Of a stretch of DNA of 64,000 bases, positions 50,916-63,928 are shown piece by piece. Both the position numbers and the translations under genes were made by a program. Source of the stretch: Chara braunii (lineage: Eukaryota; Plantae; Charophyceae); assembly GCA_003427395.1 (NCBI GenBank), contig BFEA01000031.1:1338221-1402220 (forward strand), written 5' to 3'. The notes under the pieces were generated by a model, which saw nothing but the letters and a program-made list of their open reading frames with translations, was not told the DNA's origin and did no database searches. Every line of letters starts with the position of its first letter. Position 1 is the first letter of the stretch.

Positions 50916-51583
50916 GATGTACGGCAGTTCTTGGGTCCAAGTGGCATCTGTGAGTTAGGGGATTGAGTTGTGAGCGAAGTGAGAGGCTCACCTGGTGCTT
51001 GACGTATGCGACATTGGCCGAGATATGCCCCTACTTCGGGAATGTTGTTGATGTCTTCTTTCGTCTTCATAAGTATAGGCTAGATAGGATTTGTCATCTG
51101 TAGTCTGCATGCCGAACGTCAGATAAGGTGTCGGCGTTGGGTCTGTAACGATGATAATGACGATGGGAAGATGATGATGATGATGGGAAGTTGATGATGA
51201 TGATGGGGAAGATGATGATGATGGGGTGATGATGATGATGATGGGTAGGCACATACCTTGTATTGGCGACAGTCTGCATCTGGGCGGCGTCCACGAGTGC
51301 TTCGGGTTGCCGCAGATGTCAACACTTGCTTTGTCTTTTGTAGTAGTAACTGAGTAGAAGTAGGCCGGGTGCTGTGCGGCGCGTAGGATAGATGGACTGG
51401 CCTCTTGTGTGGGTGTGGAGAAAGGAGACTCTCCATGAGCAGTAGTTCTCAATGCTACTAACCTCCATCGGTGTATCATTGGTGCAATACTGCTCTCTGG
51501 ACACAGTGTGACTATCCGGCTTTCTACGTGATGATGTAATCTGGAATTATCATTTTGTTGATTGCTTATTTCCCTGCAATTTG

Positions 51584-51639
51584 ATTATTATTATTATTAT
51601 TATTATTATCGTTATTATTATTATAATTGTTATTCTTAC

Positions 51640-51694
<55 letters not shown>
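51584..51694. repeat. (ATT)n microsatellite
   Basis: Visible trinucleotide run. Confidence 0.95.
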
Positions 51695-54600
51695 GCGATC
51701 AGAGTCGCTTTTATTCACCTTTTCCATGCACGCGAATAATAGCACAACAAAACTGGCAACATGCGCCTGCTCGAAATTCAGAGATATGGAAAACTAGGTA
51801 CCTGTTCACGTTTTTTTTAATGGCTATAGCGACTCAGCGCCCGAAAACAACTCTCTGTTCTCATACCCCAGATCACCCAGGAATACCACACACAACCTAT
51901 TGTACACACACACGCAGTACTCTCCGGGCATCTGCGGGCCACCGTCGCACCAATCGCGGTAACAGCGCTTCCGCATAGCTTATGCAGGGATGAATGAATG
52001 GCAAGGCGCAACATATTGATTTTACTACTATAGGGTACTGGCCTTTCCATCCGCCCTGAGAGTCCACAGTCCCATACGGTACTGACTTGACCGAACCATG
52101 GACTGACTGGGACTGTACTGTTGAGTGAATGGGGATGTGCCGCTGGCTCAGAGCAGTCATACCGCTAACCTACTGGATGGACTTACGGATCGACCCCTAC
52201 TTCTACATGGATCTACGACTTGCGGATAGACAGAGGGACTGACAGATGAACATACAAACAGACAACGACAAACAGGCGGGCACAGAGACATAGGCAGTTG
52301 AAAGACAGTGACACAATACCGCCCGGTGGAACACACACATACACATTGGAACAGATACAGGCACGGTGACAAACGCACAAAAAAAAGAGAATCCAATGTA
52401 TAGTGACACAGATACGCAACCGCACACTGTCACACTATGAACAGACACACATACACTGTGTCACGTACACATACAGATACACAGTGACAGACTTGATGTT
52501 GTCTCCTTAATTGTTTTTACTTCGGATTACCAAAGGTCTACCTTGGACCCCGAGCCTGGGATGCACACGCTCTCACGTGGTACTTGCTAAATTGACAAAG
52601 TGCATCAGGGACAGGGTACTGCTGACCGGGCCAGGTTAGACTCCCTCTTGCCACTTGCCTATAGGCTGCCCATTTGAGTGCGCAAAACGTTGCTTCCGGA
52701 TCTTACGGAAGACTATACACTTGACTTTCGGCGTTGTAGCAACCACAAATTATACTGCAGTCGAAACTCCTAAAGCACGGACGCTCGGTGAAAACACACC
52801 CAGACACAGTGAATACACAATGAAATAGACGAAGTCATGGCAACAGCCACGCAGCGTAATGTGCACAATGACAGGCACAACAAACACACAGTGTACAATC
52901 ACATGCCATGTGCAAAGTCCGCAATGAAAACGCATGCCACGCACAATACTCTACCTACAACTATAACGACTATAGTTGCCGCCATGCTGTTACTATGGAT
53001 GAGCTCCTCTCGGCCCACTGAGTCCTCCAGGCTCACTGCAGACCTCCTTGCACGACATGCTGAGACAACACTTTCGAATGGTTTCCGCATGAACGAATGA
53101 ATAACTGAGGCACTGCCTCTTAACTTATATTTCTGTAGGTCGTTGATCTGGTCCATTTCCCTGGCCCGAAGTGCACACAGTCCTGAACGGAACTTGCTGG
53201 ACCGGACTGGGACTGACTGAACCTTACCACTGACTAACTGTGGGCTCACTGCTAACCTGGGCACTTGCACTATAGATTAGTCCACCACCTAACTCGCCAC
53301 ATGACACTTGCCCACTTGCCTCTAATGAGCCCCGTCAGGCGTTTTTTTTTTTTTTTTGCAGTATGGCGGCCGCCCTAAGTGAAGGCAGGCGCGACAGGCG
53401 CTCAGGGCCTCGATTTCAGGGTACCCCGCAACTGGTGAAATTCAGACAGTTGCGCTGCGCCAGTTGGTTGAAGGCGCCCAGGCCCAGGCCATAAAATGCA
53501 AATGTATCTGAATGATGACCTGGGCCAGACGCGTGAAAAAGGCCGTGAGCAGGCCAAGGGCAGTTGGGCATATGCAACCATCAGGNCCTGGGCCTGCGTG
53601 TGAGGTCTGGGCCTGTGCCTACCGGGGCCTACCGGAAGCTTCCTGGACTGGANGCAGGCAGGCCACTTCGATATAGGGAAGGGCCTGCCTCCTCATTCGG
53701 CATTCAGGTGNTGGCTGCATNNTGCNCGAACGCTGATGCGCTATTTGCTGGNTGGCTGGCACTCGCGCTCTCACCGGCGAGCAAGAAGTAGCAGGCAGCC
53801 ATAGCCGAGCTGCTCCGCTGTGAGCTGGGTGTAACGCAGGGTGTTCTTTGGGTATGAGTGGCATCTGTGTAGTGAGGCGCGAGGCTGTAAGTGAAGGGAA
53901 ATATGAAGGATAACAAGGGAGAATGAGAATGTAGCATGAGAAACGTACCCGACACCTAACACAAACTACATTGGTTGAGATCTGCTCGTGGTAGAGAAGT
54001 TGTTGGTGTCAGCTAGGTACGATCTACCATACTTAGTCTAGGCACATGGGGCGCATTCACCTGCGCTGTCACACAAGGACTGTGACACGCCGTGGAGCAG
54101 TCATAACACCAACACACAGTCTCACGGGGACGCATACGCAAGTGACACGATACCGCACAGTGGAACACATACCTACACATCGGAACAAATACGGACACAG
54201 TGACAAACACACAGACAGAGAGTCACATGCCCGGTGACCCAGATACACAGCCGCACACGAATGTAGTGAAAACACAATCGCGCTGTGAAAAACAGACACT
54301 CGTACACTGTGTCACACACACACACAGATACATACCCGGGCGCCAACAAGCCTTGTGACCGCCCTAAGTGGAGGCGGGCCAGACCTATGACCGCCCTAAG
54401 TGAAGGCTGGTCAGGACATCTACGAACAGGGCCTTTTTCTTTCAACATTTTCATAAAGTGGGTATCGGACGTTTTGCAGCATTGACGTTGTAGGCCGATG
54501 GGAAAGCAGCATTGCCATCAATGAGGCTGGGCTGACAAAAGGGGAACCAGAAGATGGCCTGCATATGGATAGCGGCCCTGGCCCAAAAGGCGCAACTATG

Positions 54601-55580
54601 CAGAGAATGCGAGTGGGCAAGGGTCGTGGCCAATGCGGGCATTGCTGGCACGCTGAGCAAAGGCAAGCTGCAGCGCTGTGCATGGCTGCGCTGCGCTGGG
54701 ATGAGGCAGGCTAGCGCTAAGTTGTAGGGCGCTGCCTACACACACAGGAACTCTAGAGACCATAGTCGGGCCGCATGAGGGTGCAGTGGAAGTGAGGGAC
54801 GAGGATGGTTCTTCGGAGGTGAAGGGCGCTGCGTGAGTCATCAAGGAAGAGTACGGGTGAAAAGAGGACGTACCTGGTAGAGAGGGACTCGACAGTGATA
54901 TTGGCGTCTTCACTTACTGATCGTCATATTGTCTGATTGCTTCCCTGTTATAGCTGTAGTAATGGATTGTGGAGTAAAGGAGGCATCGGGCGCCATTTCG
55001 GAGAAAGAACTACGTTGAGTTATGCTGTTAGGTACTGCCCGATTGGGCTTGGACATTGACTCAAGATTCTGCTGTTTTCATTCTCAAATGGATGTTTACT
55101 CAGTTCCCTTGTGCTGTCTACTCTTTCTTTGACAACTTGGACATTAATGTGATTCTCCGATTTGGATTCTGTGCTTCGTCCGCATTCATATCCCTTGCAT
55201 TTTATATTTATTGTTATTATTATTATTATCATTATTTTATTATTATTATCATTATTTTCATTCACTCTTCTCGTACACAAGAACAACAGCTCACGCAGAC
55301 TGTGGTACACAATAGTACGAAAAGAAGGAGACATACATACAGCAAAGGAGGCAAAGAGAGAAAAAAAGAAGAGACTGTAGGTAAAAGTTGTGGAGTGCAA
55401 GGTTGGGGCATTGGGGTTGACATGTGCCTGAGAACTTGAGTTTTGGCTCACTACTACATTATATTGCTCTGTCTAGCTGAATGTGCAGAGCTATGATACT
55501 CGTTGCTTATATATAACTACTCAAACGACCGTGTGATCTCGCAACCCGGGTTTTTATATCGTTCGTTTTCATAATTTTTG

Positions 55581-55586
55581 ATATTA

Positions 55587-55627
<41 letters not shown>

Positions 55628-55662
55628 GTTATTATTATTATTATTATTTATTTTATCAAGTA

Positions 55663-55735
<73 letters not shown>

Positions 55736-55795
55736 TTTATTTATTTTTTTTTATCGGTATTATGGTTATTATTATTATTGGCATCATTATTACTT
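55581..55795. repeat. (ATT)n microsatellite
   Basis: Visible trinucleotide run. Confidence 0.95.
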
Positions 55796-56047
55796 ATATC
55801 GTCAGGACCACGTACTAGAATAAGGAAAATCAGAATCGGACAGAGGGGTGCGAGGCAATAGAGAGAATTTCGGGCGCCAGCAAGTATGACGACTCTTACA
55901 TCCTTCGTCCTCCTTCGCTTTCCTATGCCTAAACCGTACATCAGCACATAACCGCTTCCAATCAACATAAGTGAAAATTGTATGTTCCAATGGCTTGCTG
56001 AGATCACGGTGCATGTACAAAGGATTCTCATTCCATATTTTGATCAA

Positions 56048-58262
56048 TGTAACAGGGCGATTACGGGAGCTCTGCCGGAGTTCAGGAGGAACTCTGGAGG
56101 CAGGGAACGACGAGGTACGTTACTTCGACCCAGATGCTGTCTCATACAGGCAATCATCGTGACAATGATCACAAGGCTTAGGGATTTGAAATCAATAACT
56201 CTTCAGGTCTTGGATAAGAGAAAAGTTTGGCTGAGTGTGAAACTGATTGTTTCTGGATACAGCAATCTTGCTGTGGACGCTGATTGGAGGAAAGGATACA
56301 AACTATCATACCTCTCGTGATCATCTTCTCTATATCCCATCCAAATAGACGATGGGTACCTTGATTTGAGTTGTTATAATCAACTGTCATACATCACGTC
56401 GATCATCTTGCTCATTATACATTTGATCCAGCAATAAGTCTCCAAACTAACAACGATTCTAGGCTCAGATATCATCGAAAAGCGATGACTTGAGCCGCAG
56501 ATAAGACTTGTATGCGGTAAGAATAGTAGGGAAATTCTGCCTTAACTCCAAGTGAGCCTTACGCTTGGTCAGTGGTAAGTGCAAGGATCCTTGGATACCT
56601 TCCTTATTGAGGGCTAGCCACTGTTAAGAGTAACAGGGAAATCATGTCTTATCAGTAAATAGTCTGATATAAGAGTTGTGAGGTTTCAAGAACACCTGCC
56701 TATTCACTGATTAAAACCTAACATTCTTTTCAGTGGTAAGAGTAGTAAGGATCCTTGAACACCTGCCTTATTGAGGGTTATCCACTGTTAAGAGTAGCAG
56801 GGGAATCTTGTCTTATCAGCGACTAGTCTTACATAAGAGTTGTGAGGTTTCAAGGACACCTGCCCTATCACTGATCAAACCTAACATTCTTTTTAATAGT
56901 AAGAGTAAGCAAGGATCCTTGGGCACCTGTCTTATTGAGGGCTAGCCACTGATAAGAGTAGCAGGGGAATCTTGTCTTATCAGCGACTAATCTGACATAA
57001 GAGTTGTGAGGTTTCAAGGACACTTGCCTTATCAGTGATCAAACCTAACATTCATTAAGGGGTAAGAATAGTAAGGATCCTTGGACACCCGTCTTATTGA
57101 GGGCTAGCCAGTGATAAGAGTTGCAGGGGAATCCTGTCTTATCAGTGACTAGTCTGATATAAGAGTAGCGAGGTTTCAAGGACACCTGCCTTATCAATAA
57201 ACATCCTAGCGCTTAGTCAGTGATAAAAATAACAAGGATCCTTGGACACCCGCCTTATTGAGGGTTAGTCAGTGATAAGAGTAGCAGGGGAATCCTGTCT
57301 TATCAGTGACTAATCTGATATAAGAAGTAGTGAGGTTTCAAGGACACCTGCCTTATCAGTGGATAGCCATAGGATAAGCCTACCGCTAAATGTTCTTAGC
57401 ACACAGGGGCCAAGACCCACTGAGTTGCCTTTGTCAAACAAAGCTCCAATAAAAGATGGAGATGTCCGGAATGATCTGCCATACCGCCGCTAACTTTCTC
57501 CGCAATCTGCATTTGTTCAGTCATAACTAAGTGCCTCTGATTCTACTAAGAAAGGCTAAGTGAGATCTTGCTTCGGAAAGAGACCATCCATTTGTTTGAT
57601 TCCTTCCATAAGAAACCTTTCCACAGGTTGGATTGGTGATATGTTCATGAGTGTTGTGGGAAGGAAGGGAATTCAGACGAGATAATCACAAGGGGAATAG
57701 TAAGGTGAAATGTGGAGAGTTAGTACGACAATAAAAGGGGAAGTGAACTATTGTTCACTACCTGAAGCGGAATGGGCAACAACCCAAAACAATTAGTTAA
57801 GGATAGAAGCCAGACAAAAGATACAGAGTCTAGAAGGAACTTTGTAGATCTCAGTTAGGAAGAGAGATGTTAAGATTCTCTTGGACTGTGTTGTGTCTAC
57901 AGGTTCCGATACTTCGGAGAACTTACGGGGAATCCGTAAGGGCAGCAATTCTGTTATCTCTGGATAACAGGTCGGTAGAACTCCGACTCACCTTCCACCC
58001 TTGGCTTGACACCCACACCTGGGTCAGTAGCTCAGCAGGGATACGCCCATCGAAGGGATGGTGACAGCTCCCGCAGGTGGAGGTATGTTGTACCTCGCGG
58101 GATCCCTAACCTGTCGTAGGGAGTCGCGAGAGGTATAACACGCGCGCACGGTCGAAGTTGGTATTTCATAAAGTGACAAAAAGAAAACTCCTGTGTGACA
58201 CGACCGTGAGGTCCGACACAAAACTACTTTGCGTCTAGGTTGTGGGACCGCCGCGCGTGACA
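56048..58262 (+). repeat. 5' LTR of element D (start TGTAAC inferred)
   Basis: Ends ...GTGACA before the PBS; TGTAAC/GTGACA imperfect terminal inverted repeat. Confidence 0.6.
56570..57360 (+). repeat. Tandem array, five units of about 162 bp, inside LTR D
   Basis: aaggatccttg...ttattgaggg...gtcttatcag...gaggtttcaag recurs near 56570, 56731, 56895, 57059 and 57218. Confidence 0.9.
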
Positions 58263-58264
58263 GG

Positions 58265-58283
58265 TGGTGCCGTTGCCGGGGAT
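58265..58283 (+). promoter_or_regulatory. Primer-binding site (tRNA-Asp), element D
   Basis: CA-gg-TGGTGCCGTTGCCGGGGAT. Confidence 0.88.
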
Positions 58284-58482
58284 CTCGCTTCTAGCCGAGG
58301 TCCTTAGTGAACGAACTCGGGTAAAGCAAAATCTAGGCAGAACGACAATTATTGAAGATTCGGTAATTAACTAAGACTCTAATAGCTGGTGACGAGTAGT
58401 TACTCCAAGTAAATCGGTGAGTAAAATAGGGACTAAATACACATAAATACGATTGCCCTACTTATACTAGGAGTTAGTGAAT

Positions 58483-58902
58483 ATGGCACCTAAGGGGCGT
58501 GGGACAGGAACTGGTAGAGGAAGAGGCGGCAAACAGGGGAAGGTGCCTGAGAGGCCTATGGACTTGACTAAAGATAGGGAAGAGTGGAAGGAAGATGATG
58601 AAGGACTAGAAGAAAAGGACGAAGGGTTAAGGGCGAGACGATATCGGGAGGGGAGGCGCATGCATACCCCAAACCCTGATGAGATGGCTTACTATTCGTA
58701 TAGGTACGCAAGGCGTTACGGAGAATCTCCGCCACGCTTCGAGCTGCCTGATCGCTCGCATCATAGCCCTTACCCACCGTCTCAAGAGAGGCAGCTGGCC
58801 GTCCTTCCCACGCCTCACCAACAAGGACCCCGCGGGTGGGTTAATAACATACTTGCTGTACAAAAAAATTATATAAAGGTTCAAAAGGATCAAAGGAGAT
58901 AA
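58483..58902 (+). CDS. Element D accessory ORF1 (139 aa; basic, GRG-rich N-terminus), unknown
   Basis: MAPKGRGTGTGRGRGGK...; preceded by cctacttatacTAG|G. Confidence 0.55.
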   Translation: MAPKGRGTGTGRGRGGKQGKVPERPMDLTKDREEWKEDDEGLEEKDEGLRARRYREGRRMHTPNPDEMAYYSYRYARRYGESPPRFELPDRSHHSPYPPSQERQLAVLPTPHQQGPRGWVNNILAVQKNYIKVQKDQRR

Positions 58903-59007
58903 TGGGGAATCGGTCAGATCTTAGGATTATAAGTCTACTAGCTAAAATAAAAGAGATGTGGGCTGGATTGTGTTGTGTGGTAGGTGGAGTATACCAAAGA
59001 AAAGAAG

Positions 59008-59713
59008 ATGGTTTCTGCCCATTATCAAGTCACGATCAGAGAGCCCGTGCAAATGAGGCGTGGCCTGATGATGAATCTGCCAAGTCGTCATGAGGAGAAC
59101 GAAAAGACGGGGTATTGGGGGATTACTATAGAGGAACAAACTTTCATTTGGATCGAGTCTGGATGGGTTAGAGGCAAAAAATCGCGCAGTAGAAAGGGTT
59201 ACCGTATATCTTTCTGTGGAGAAATTGCAAACTATCATAATAAATATAGTCTTAGGAACTGATCGATCTCTTTCCAGACTATTGCGGATAGCTGAATCCG
59301 CGCTCAAGTCTAGGGGAAGAGATGCAAGTTTGAATGGGTTTGAAGCAATGATAGGAACTGTGAGGGTAAGAAAGGCTAGCGAATTTCTTCCGCCAGCAGC
59401 ATATATAAGAGGAACCCTTCCTATGTTCATCGTAGATGCAACCTTCGGAGGGAGGACCAAAGTAGAAAGGGCTGTGGAAGCCGCTATGGCAGTACCTGAG
59501 AGGGAATGTCACGCATCTACCCCTCTCCTGATATACTACGTGTACTTAGAAATAGGGCATTTAATTGCAGAAAGGGATCCGCAAAGCATACTATCTCGGG
59601 TTGACTTATATGCACGTCAACACGATTGGGGAAATAGGCATGTTTACTGGGAGGAACTGAAGCAGGAGATCATAGATCAAATAAGAAGAAATGCTCAAGG
59701 AAGGCTGAGATAG
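59008..59713 (+). pseudogene. Element D accessory ORF, family 3 (frameshift near 59190)
   Basis: FIWIESGW...VTVYLS...IVLG...SEF...TLPMF...VERAV; paralog of 59796-60574. Confidence 0.65.
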
Positions 59714-59795
59714 AAAATTATTGAGAGATGGGAAATCGAGTGGTTACTAAGAAAAGAAAGGTTCTTTCTTTGACTGTTGTAACAGGAATACCAGG

Positions 59796-60574
59796 ATGGC
59801 TCCTTTAATGTGGTTTGCTGATCGGAGTTTTCTGATCAACCTGCCCGAGCCAAAGGAAGGAGGAGTTAAGATGACGCTGCCGAAGAGAACGATAGATCTG
59901 GATGAAGAAATGGACTCATGGTGTGGGATACCAATAGGACCAGAAGCCTTCCTTTGGATAGAAACCGGGTGGACCGCGAGGGAAAGACAGGCAATAGTAA
60001 AGGTGACGCTTTATTTACCGGTCCTTCTCTGGAGGGCACACGCGATCGATCTTGCGATAGGAGAAAGCTGCCCCGTCTCTAGATACGTGTTGATAGCTGG
60101 AATGGTCCTTGAAGCATTTTCAAGAATAATGTATTGGGGAGAAGAAGGAGAAGTTATAAAATCAATCGAAGCAAAGTGAGCTGCTGAATTCGTATATCCA
60201 ACAAGGTATATTAAAACCACGCTTCCGAGCTTCATAATTGATGAAGCATTTTGGGGGATTGAGAATGTAGAACGGGCAGTACTCGCAGCCCGATCTGTTC
60301 CAGAGATGGGTTTCGAATTGAGGCTTCGGAAGTTGTTTACCGTCTATACTTAGAGATGGGACCGAAACTAAATAATAGGGATTTTTATAACATACTATGC
60401 GTGATAAACACGTATCTACGCATCTACCGTTTGGAAGATCTCTCGACCTACTGGCGCAATCTTTGCAGGGAGGCATGTATAGAAGAATTTATAGATGAGA
60501 TCTCTTCTTTATTTGGTATGGTTAGAAGCTTTTGGCATGGGGACTGGGTGCCCCTAGAAGAGATACTCGGATGA
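59796..60574 (+). pseudogene. Element D accessory ORF, family 3 (stop at 60179, frameshift near 60350)
   Basis: FLWIETGW...VKVTLYL...LAIG...AEF...TLPSF...VERAV. Confidence 0.65.
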
Positions 60575-60712
60575 GAGAAAAGAGGTATGAAAGGTCATAT
60601 AGCGTAAAAAGTTACGTCAAGATAGTGACAAAGAGGGTGGATCAATGGTCGTTTTGTGTGTCTTAACAGGGTCTACGGTTTAGCAGGAACCAAAAAAGAA
60701 AAAGGGAAAGAG

Positions 60713-63700
60713 ATGGGTAAAGTCAGCGCCAATGGAGATCCGCCAATCACCGCGGCGGAAATCGCCAAGTTGCTGGAGAAGAGGACGATAAAAAGATCTA
60801 ACCTACCAAGGATAGACATCTTCCCATTCAAAGGGGATAGGGTGACGCATTGGTTGGAACTACTCAAGTAGATATTCAACCAACTGACCCCAGCCGAGAA
60901 GTTTGCCCAATTGTTCGAATATGTATGGTGGGAATGCACCTCTGACGTGGAAGAGGTAGTAAAAAAGTCCAACAATTATTGGGCTGAGTTTAAGAGGGGC
61001 ATCCAGTAGACATTTAAGCTAGGAGATGGCCTGCTCACAATTGACCATCTCTATAACATGAACAGAGATGACTTCACCACGATCAGGGCATTCGACAATA
61101 CATTCGAAAAGACAGCCGAGAGGGTCCCGGGGCTGTCTGAAGAAATGCAGTGCGTCATTTTCCTAGGGAAATTCTCTGGGTACGAGGCAATGTAACTAAC
61201 TCGAGGAGGAGCCGCTGGGAGAAAGAAAACCTGGGATACCATCAAAAGAAATATCACGGCAGGAGACATGGACCAAGTGTTCCATCACCAAATCAAGGTC
61301 GAACGAAAGAAGAGAAAGGCAGTAGGGACGCTTCAAGGAATGGATAGTATACTTGGAGGAATGTTGAGCAATATGGCAAATGAGATAAAAGAGCTTAGGG
61401 AAAGAGTGACCCCGTCGAAAGTGTTAACAGTGACACAACCATCAGGAAAGAGGAGGAAGGAAGAGGGAGAAGGAGAGAAAGAAGTTGAAGAAGGGGAACC
61501 CGAAGGAACGGGCAAACTGACCAAGAATCATAGGAAAGCTAAAAATATCGCTATCAGAGGACAAGGCTCAGGAAAATGACAAGTTACTCAACAGGCGATA
61601 GTCCAGAATGGACATGAGCCATTAACAAGCACGGCGCAATATGGTCAATGGCCCGTGGGTCCGCCTATGGGAGCATGGCCTGGGTACTTCCCGATAGGGT
61701 CATGGCCTACGCAGGGTCCATATCCCATGTTACCCCAGAATCAGAATTTGGGAGGAGACCAAAACATGGGACAACTTCAACTAACAGGGCAAAACCAACC
61801 AGGATCGAGTCGCCAGGGTGGCCAAAACCAGAACAAGTCCCAAGGGCAAGGACAAGGACAAGGACGTGGAAGAGGTAGGAATGCTGGTAGGAATCAGGGA
61901 CCAGGGGAACGAGGAGCAGGAAATAGAGGAAGTGGGTANCAAGGTGGAAACTGGGGACAGTTCCAAGGGGGTGCGAATCCGGTAGGGCAAGAATACCNGC
62001 AGGGGTATGNTCGTGGTTACGACCAAGGCTATGGAAGGGGGTTTGGTAGAGGAAATGGGTCATGGAACGGACAGGGTTTTGGCAGAGGATGGATAGACTA
62101 CAGCGAATGCGTTTGTACCCACTGTGGAATCAAAGGGCACATAGTAAAGCGATGCCACGTCAGGAAACTTGACGAGCGCGATGGACTTATAACATCCAAC
62201 ATAGATGGCAAGGTGTTTGACAGAACAGGAAAGCTGATCGATCCTGAGATTCCGGGAGGCACTAGAGAAGAGGCCCTTCGCATAGCCGCGCTAGGTTCCA
62301 ACGCGCCGGGGATGTTCAGAATGTGGCAAGAAAAGGAAGGACCAGTCGTACGGGTGGAAGATGTAACTGAACTAGAAGAAAAACTGAGCCGAATGGGGAT
62401 CGAAGGAAGCAAGGAAGACGTACCCCTTGTGGAAGAAGAAGCAGAAGAGGATGACGTTAGGATTACCATCAGGGACACATTTGATAAGATGGAGGATCTG
62501 GTGAATAAAATGCAAAGGCTGCATTTGAGACTTCAAGGGATATGTGAAGAAGCGGGGAAAGAAGGGGTTGGGTGCCCGAAAGTATTTACCATGGGACGTG
62601 GAGGATCAGAAGATGGGCCAAATGAGCCCAACCCAAGAATGTTGAGGGCCAACATGGCCGCAAAGAACAGTGGGGGTCAAAGAAGCGTAAGAGGAACGAT
62701 TCCGTTCGGTACAAGAAGACCCGCAGGAGAAAATCCTCAAAAGGAACAAGCCCAGGCTTCCCAGCCAGCAGAAGAAGAACCACCTATCACNGTAGAGGGT
62801 GATGAGGATGAGGATGAGAAGATTAGGGAGGAAGAAGAAAGGCAGGCGGAGATAAGGGCTAAGAGAAGGAAAGGCGAAGCTAAGGAAGGGAGATCAAAAG
62901 GGGATACGGGACCAAGCAAGAAGAGAAAGTACTAAACCTCGATCGAAGAAGAGGTGGATCTGGAAGGCCTGGTGAATAAACTGCTGGAAGGGCACAATGA
63001 ACTATTAAACCTGAAAGAAATCCTCGCTTCAGCTCCTAAGTTAAGAGAGATGGTGAAGGCTAGGTTATCACGCCGGAGAGTAGCCTCGGTCCGGATGGAG
63101 GATTTGATTCCCAAAGAGGCAAACTGGAGCGTGGCAGGGAGTAAAATGGACTGGAAATTCGTAGGCACAGGGTCCATTGATGTTATGATAAAAGGAAAGA
63201 TGTGTCCTGGGATGGTTGATACCGGGGCAGAAATGAATATTGTAAATGGAGAAACCGCGGTAAAATTAGGGTTGGAGGTGGATCAGAATGATTGCGGGTT
63301 TCTCAACGGAGCCAGCGGCAAGACCGGATACACCGGTGTCGCATCAAATGTGGTCATAGAAATAGGAAGAGTCAAGGTACGTACGTGCTTCTACGTTATG
63401 CCCAGCTTGGACCTTCCAATATTGCTGGGAAGGTCATTCCTGTGCAGATCTGAATCACTCATTATGAACAAGCATGACGGCACTATGTTTGTCATCTTGT
63501 GCGATCCTTCCTGTGGGAACTTCGAGGTTATCACCTGTAGGAACACAGACCCACACAACTCGAAGAACAGGCTCAATGCAGGATCTTACACGTTCGAGGA
63601 ATCTGAGAATAGGAGGAGAGAATTGGAATGGGAAGAAGAAGAAGAGGAATCAGATGATGAAGAAGCCAAAGGACTTGTATTAAGTCTAACGAATATCAGT

Positions 63701-63928
63701 GACGCAGTGGAACTGGTATCGGCTTATAGGATGGCTGATCCAGATGCAGTCAGGGCACTCGCAGAAAGGATCCAAGATGATCCAGAAGGGGGAAGAGTCG
63801 ATCTCGTTTACCGGCCACCTCCTTCTACTCAGATGATAGTGCCGCATGCGCCGAATGCTCAAGCTGCCGGCCAGCATTTTTTAGGGGTGGGCTCAAGCAG
63901 GGCTCCAAAAGGAGGTACAAGACGGTAG
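60713..63928 (+). pseudogene. gag: gag-protease of element D with several in-frame stops
   Basis: IFPFKGDRVTHWL capsid motif; CTHCGIKGHIVKRC zinc knuckle; GMVDTGAE and ILLGRSFL protease motifs. Confidence 0.9.
63877..63883 (+). promoter_or_regulatory. Putative -1 ribosomal frameshift heptamer U-UUU-UUA
   Basis: Correctly phased at the end of gag-PR; the -1 frame reads KRRYKTVDKKSHPV, similar to KKHKTMAEKVKP that precedes RT in element C. Confidence 0.7.

Noticed and set aside
55449-55465. CACTA transposon terminus (cactactaca)
   Set aside because: No matching opposite terminus, 3-bp TSD or transposase identified
56570-57360. CRISPR array
   Set aside because: Whole units are repeated with no unique spacers, no cas genes, eukaryotic LTR context
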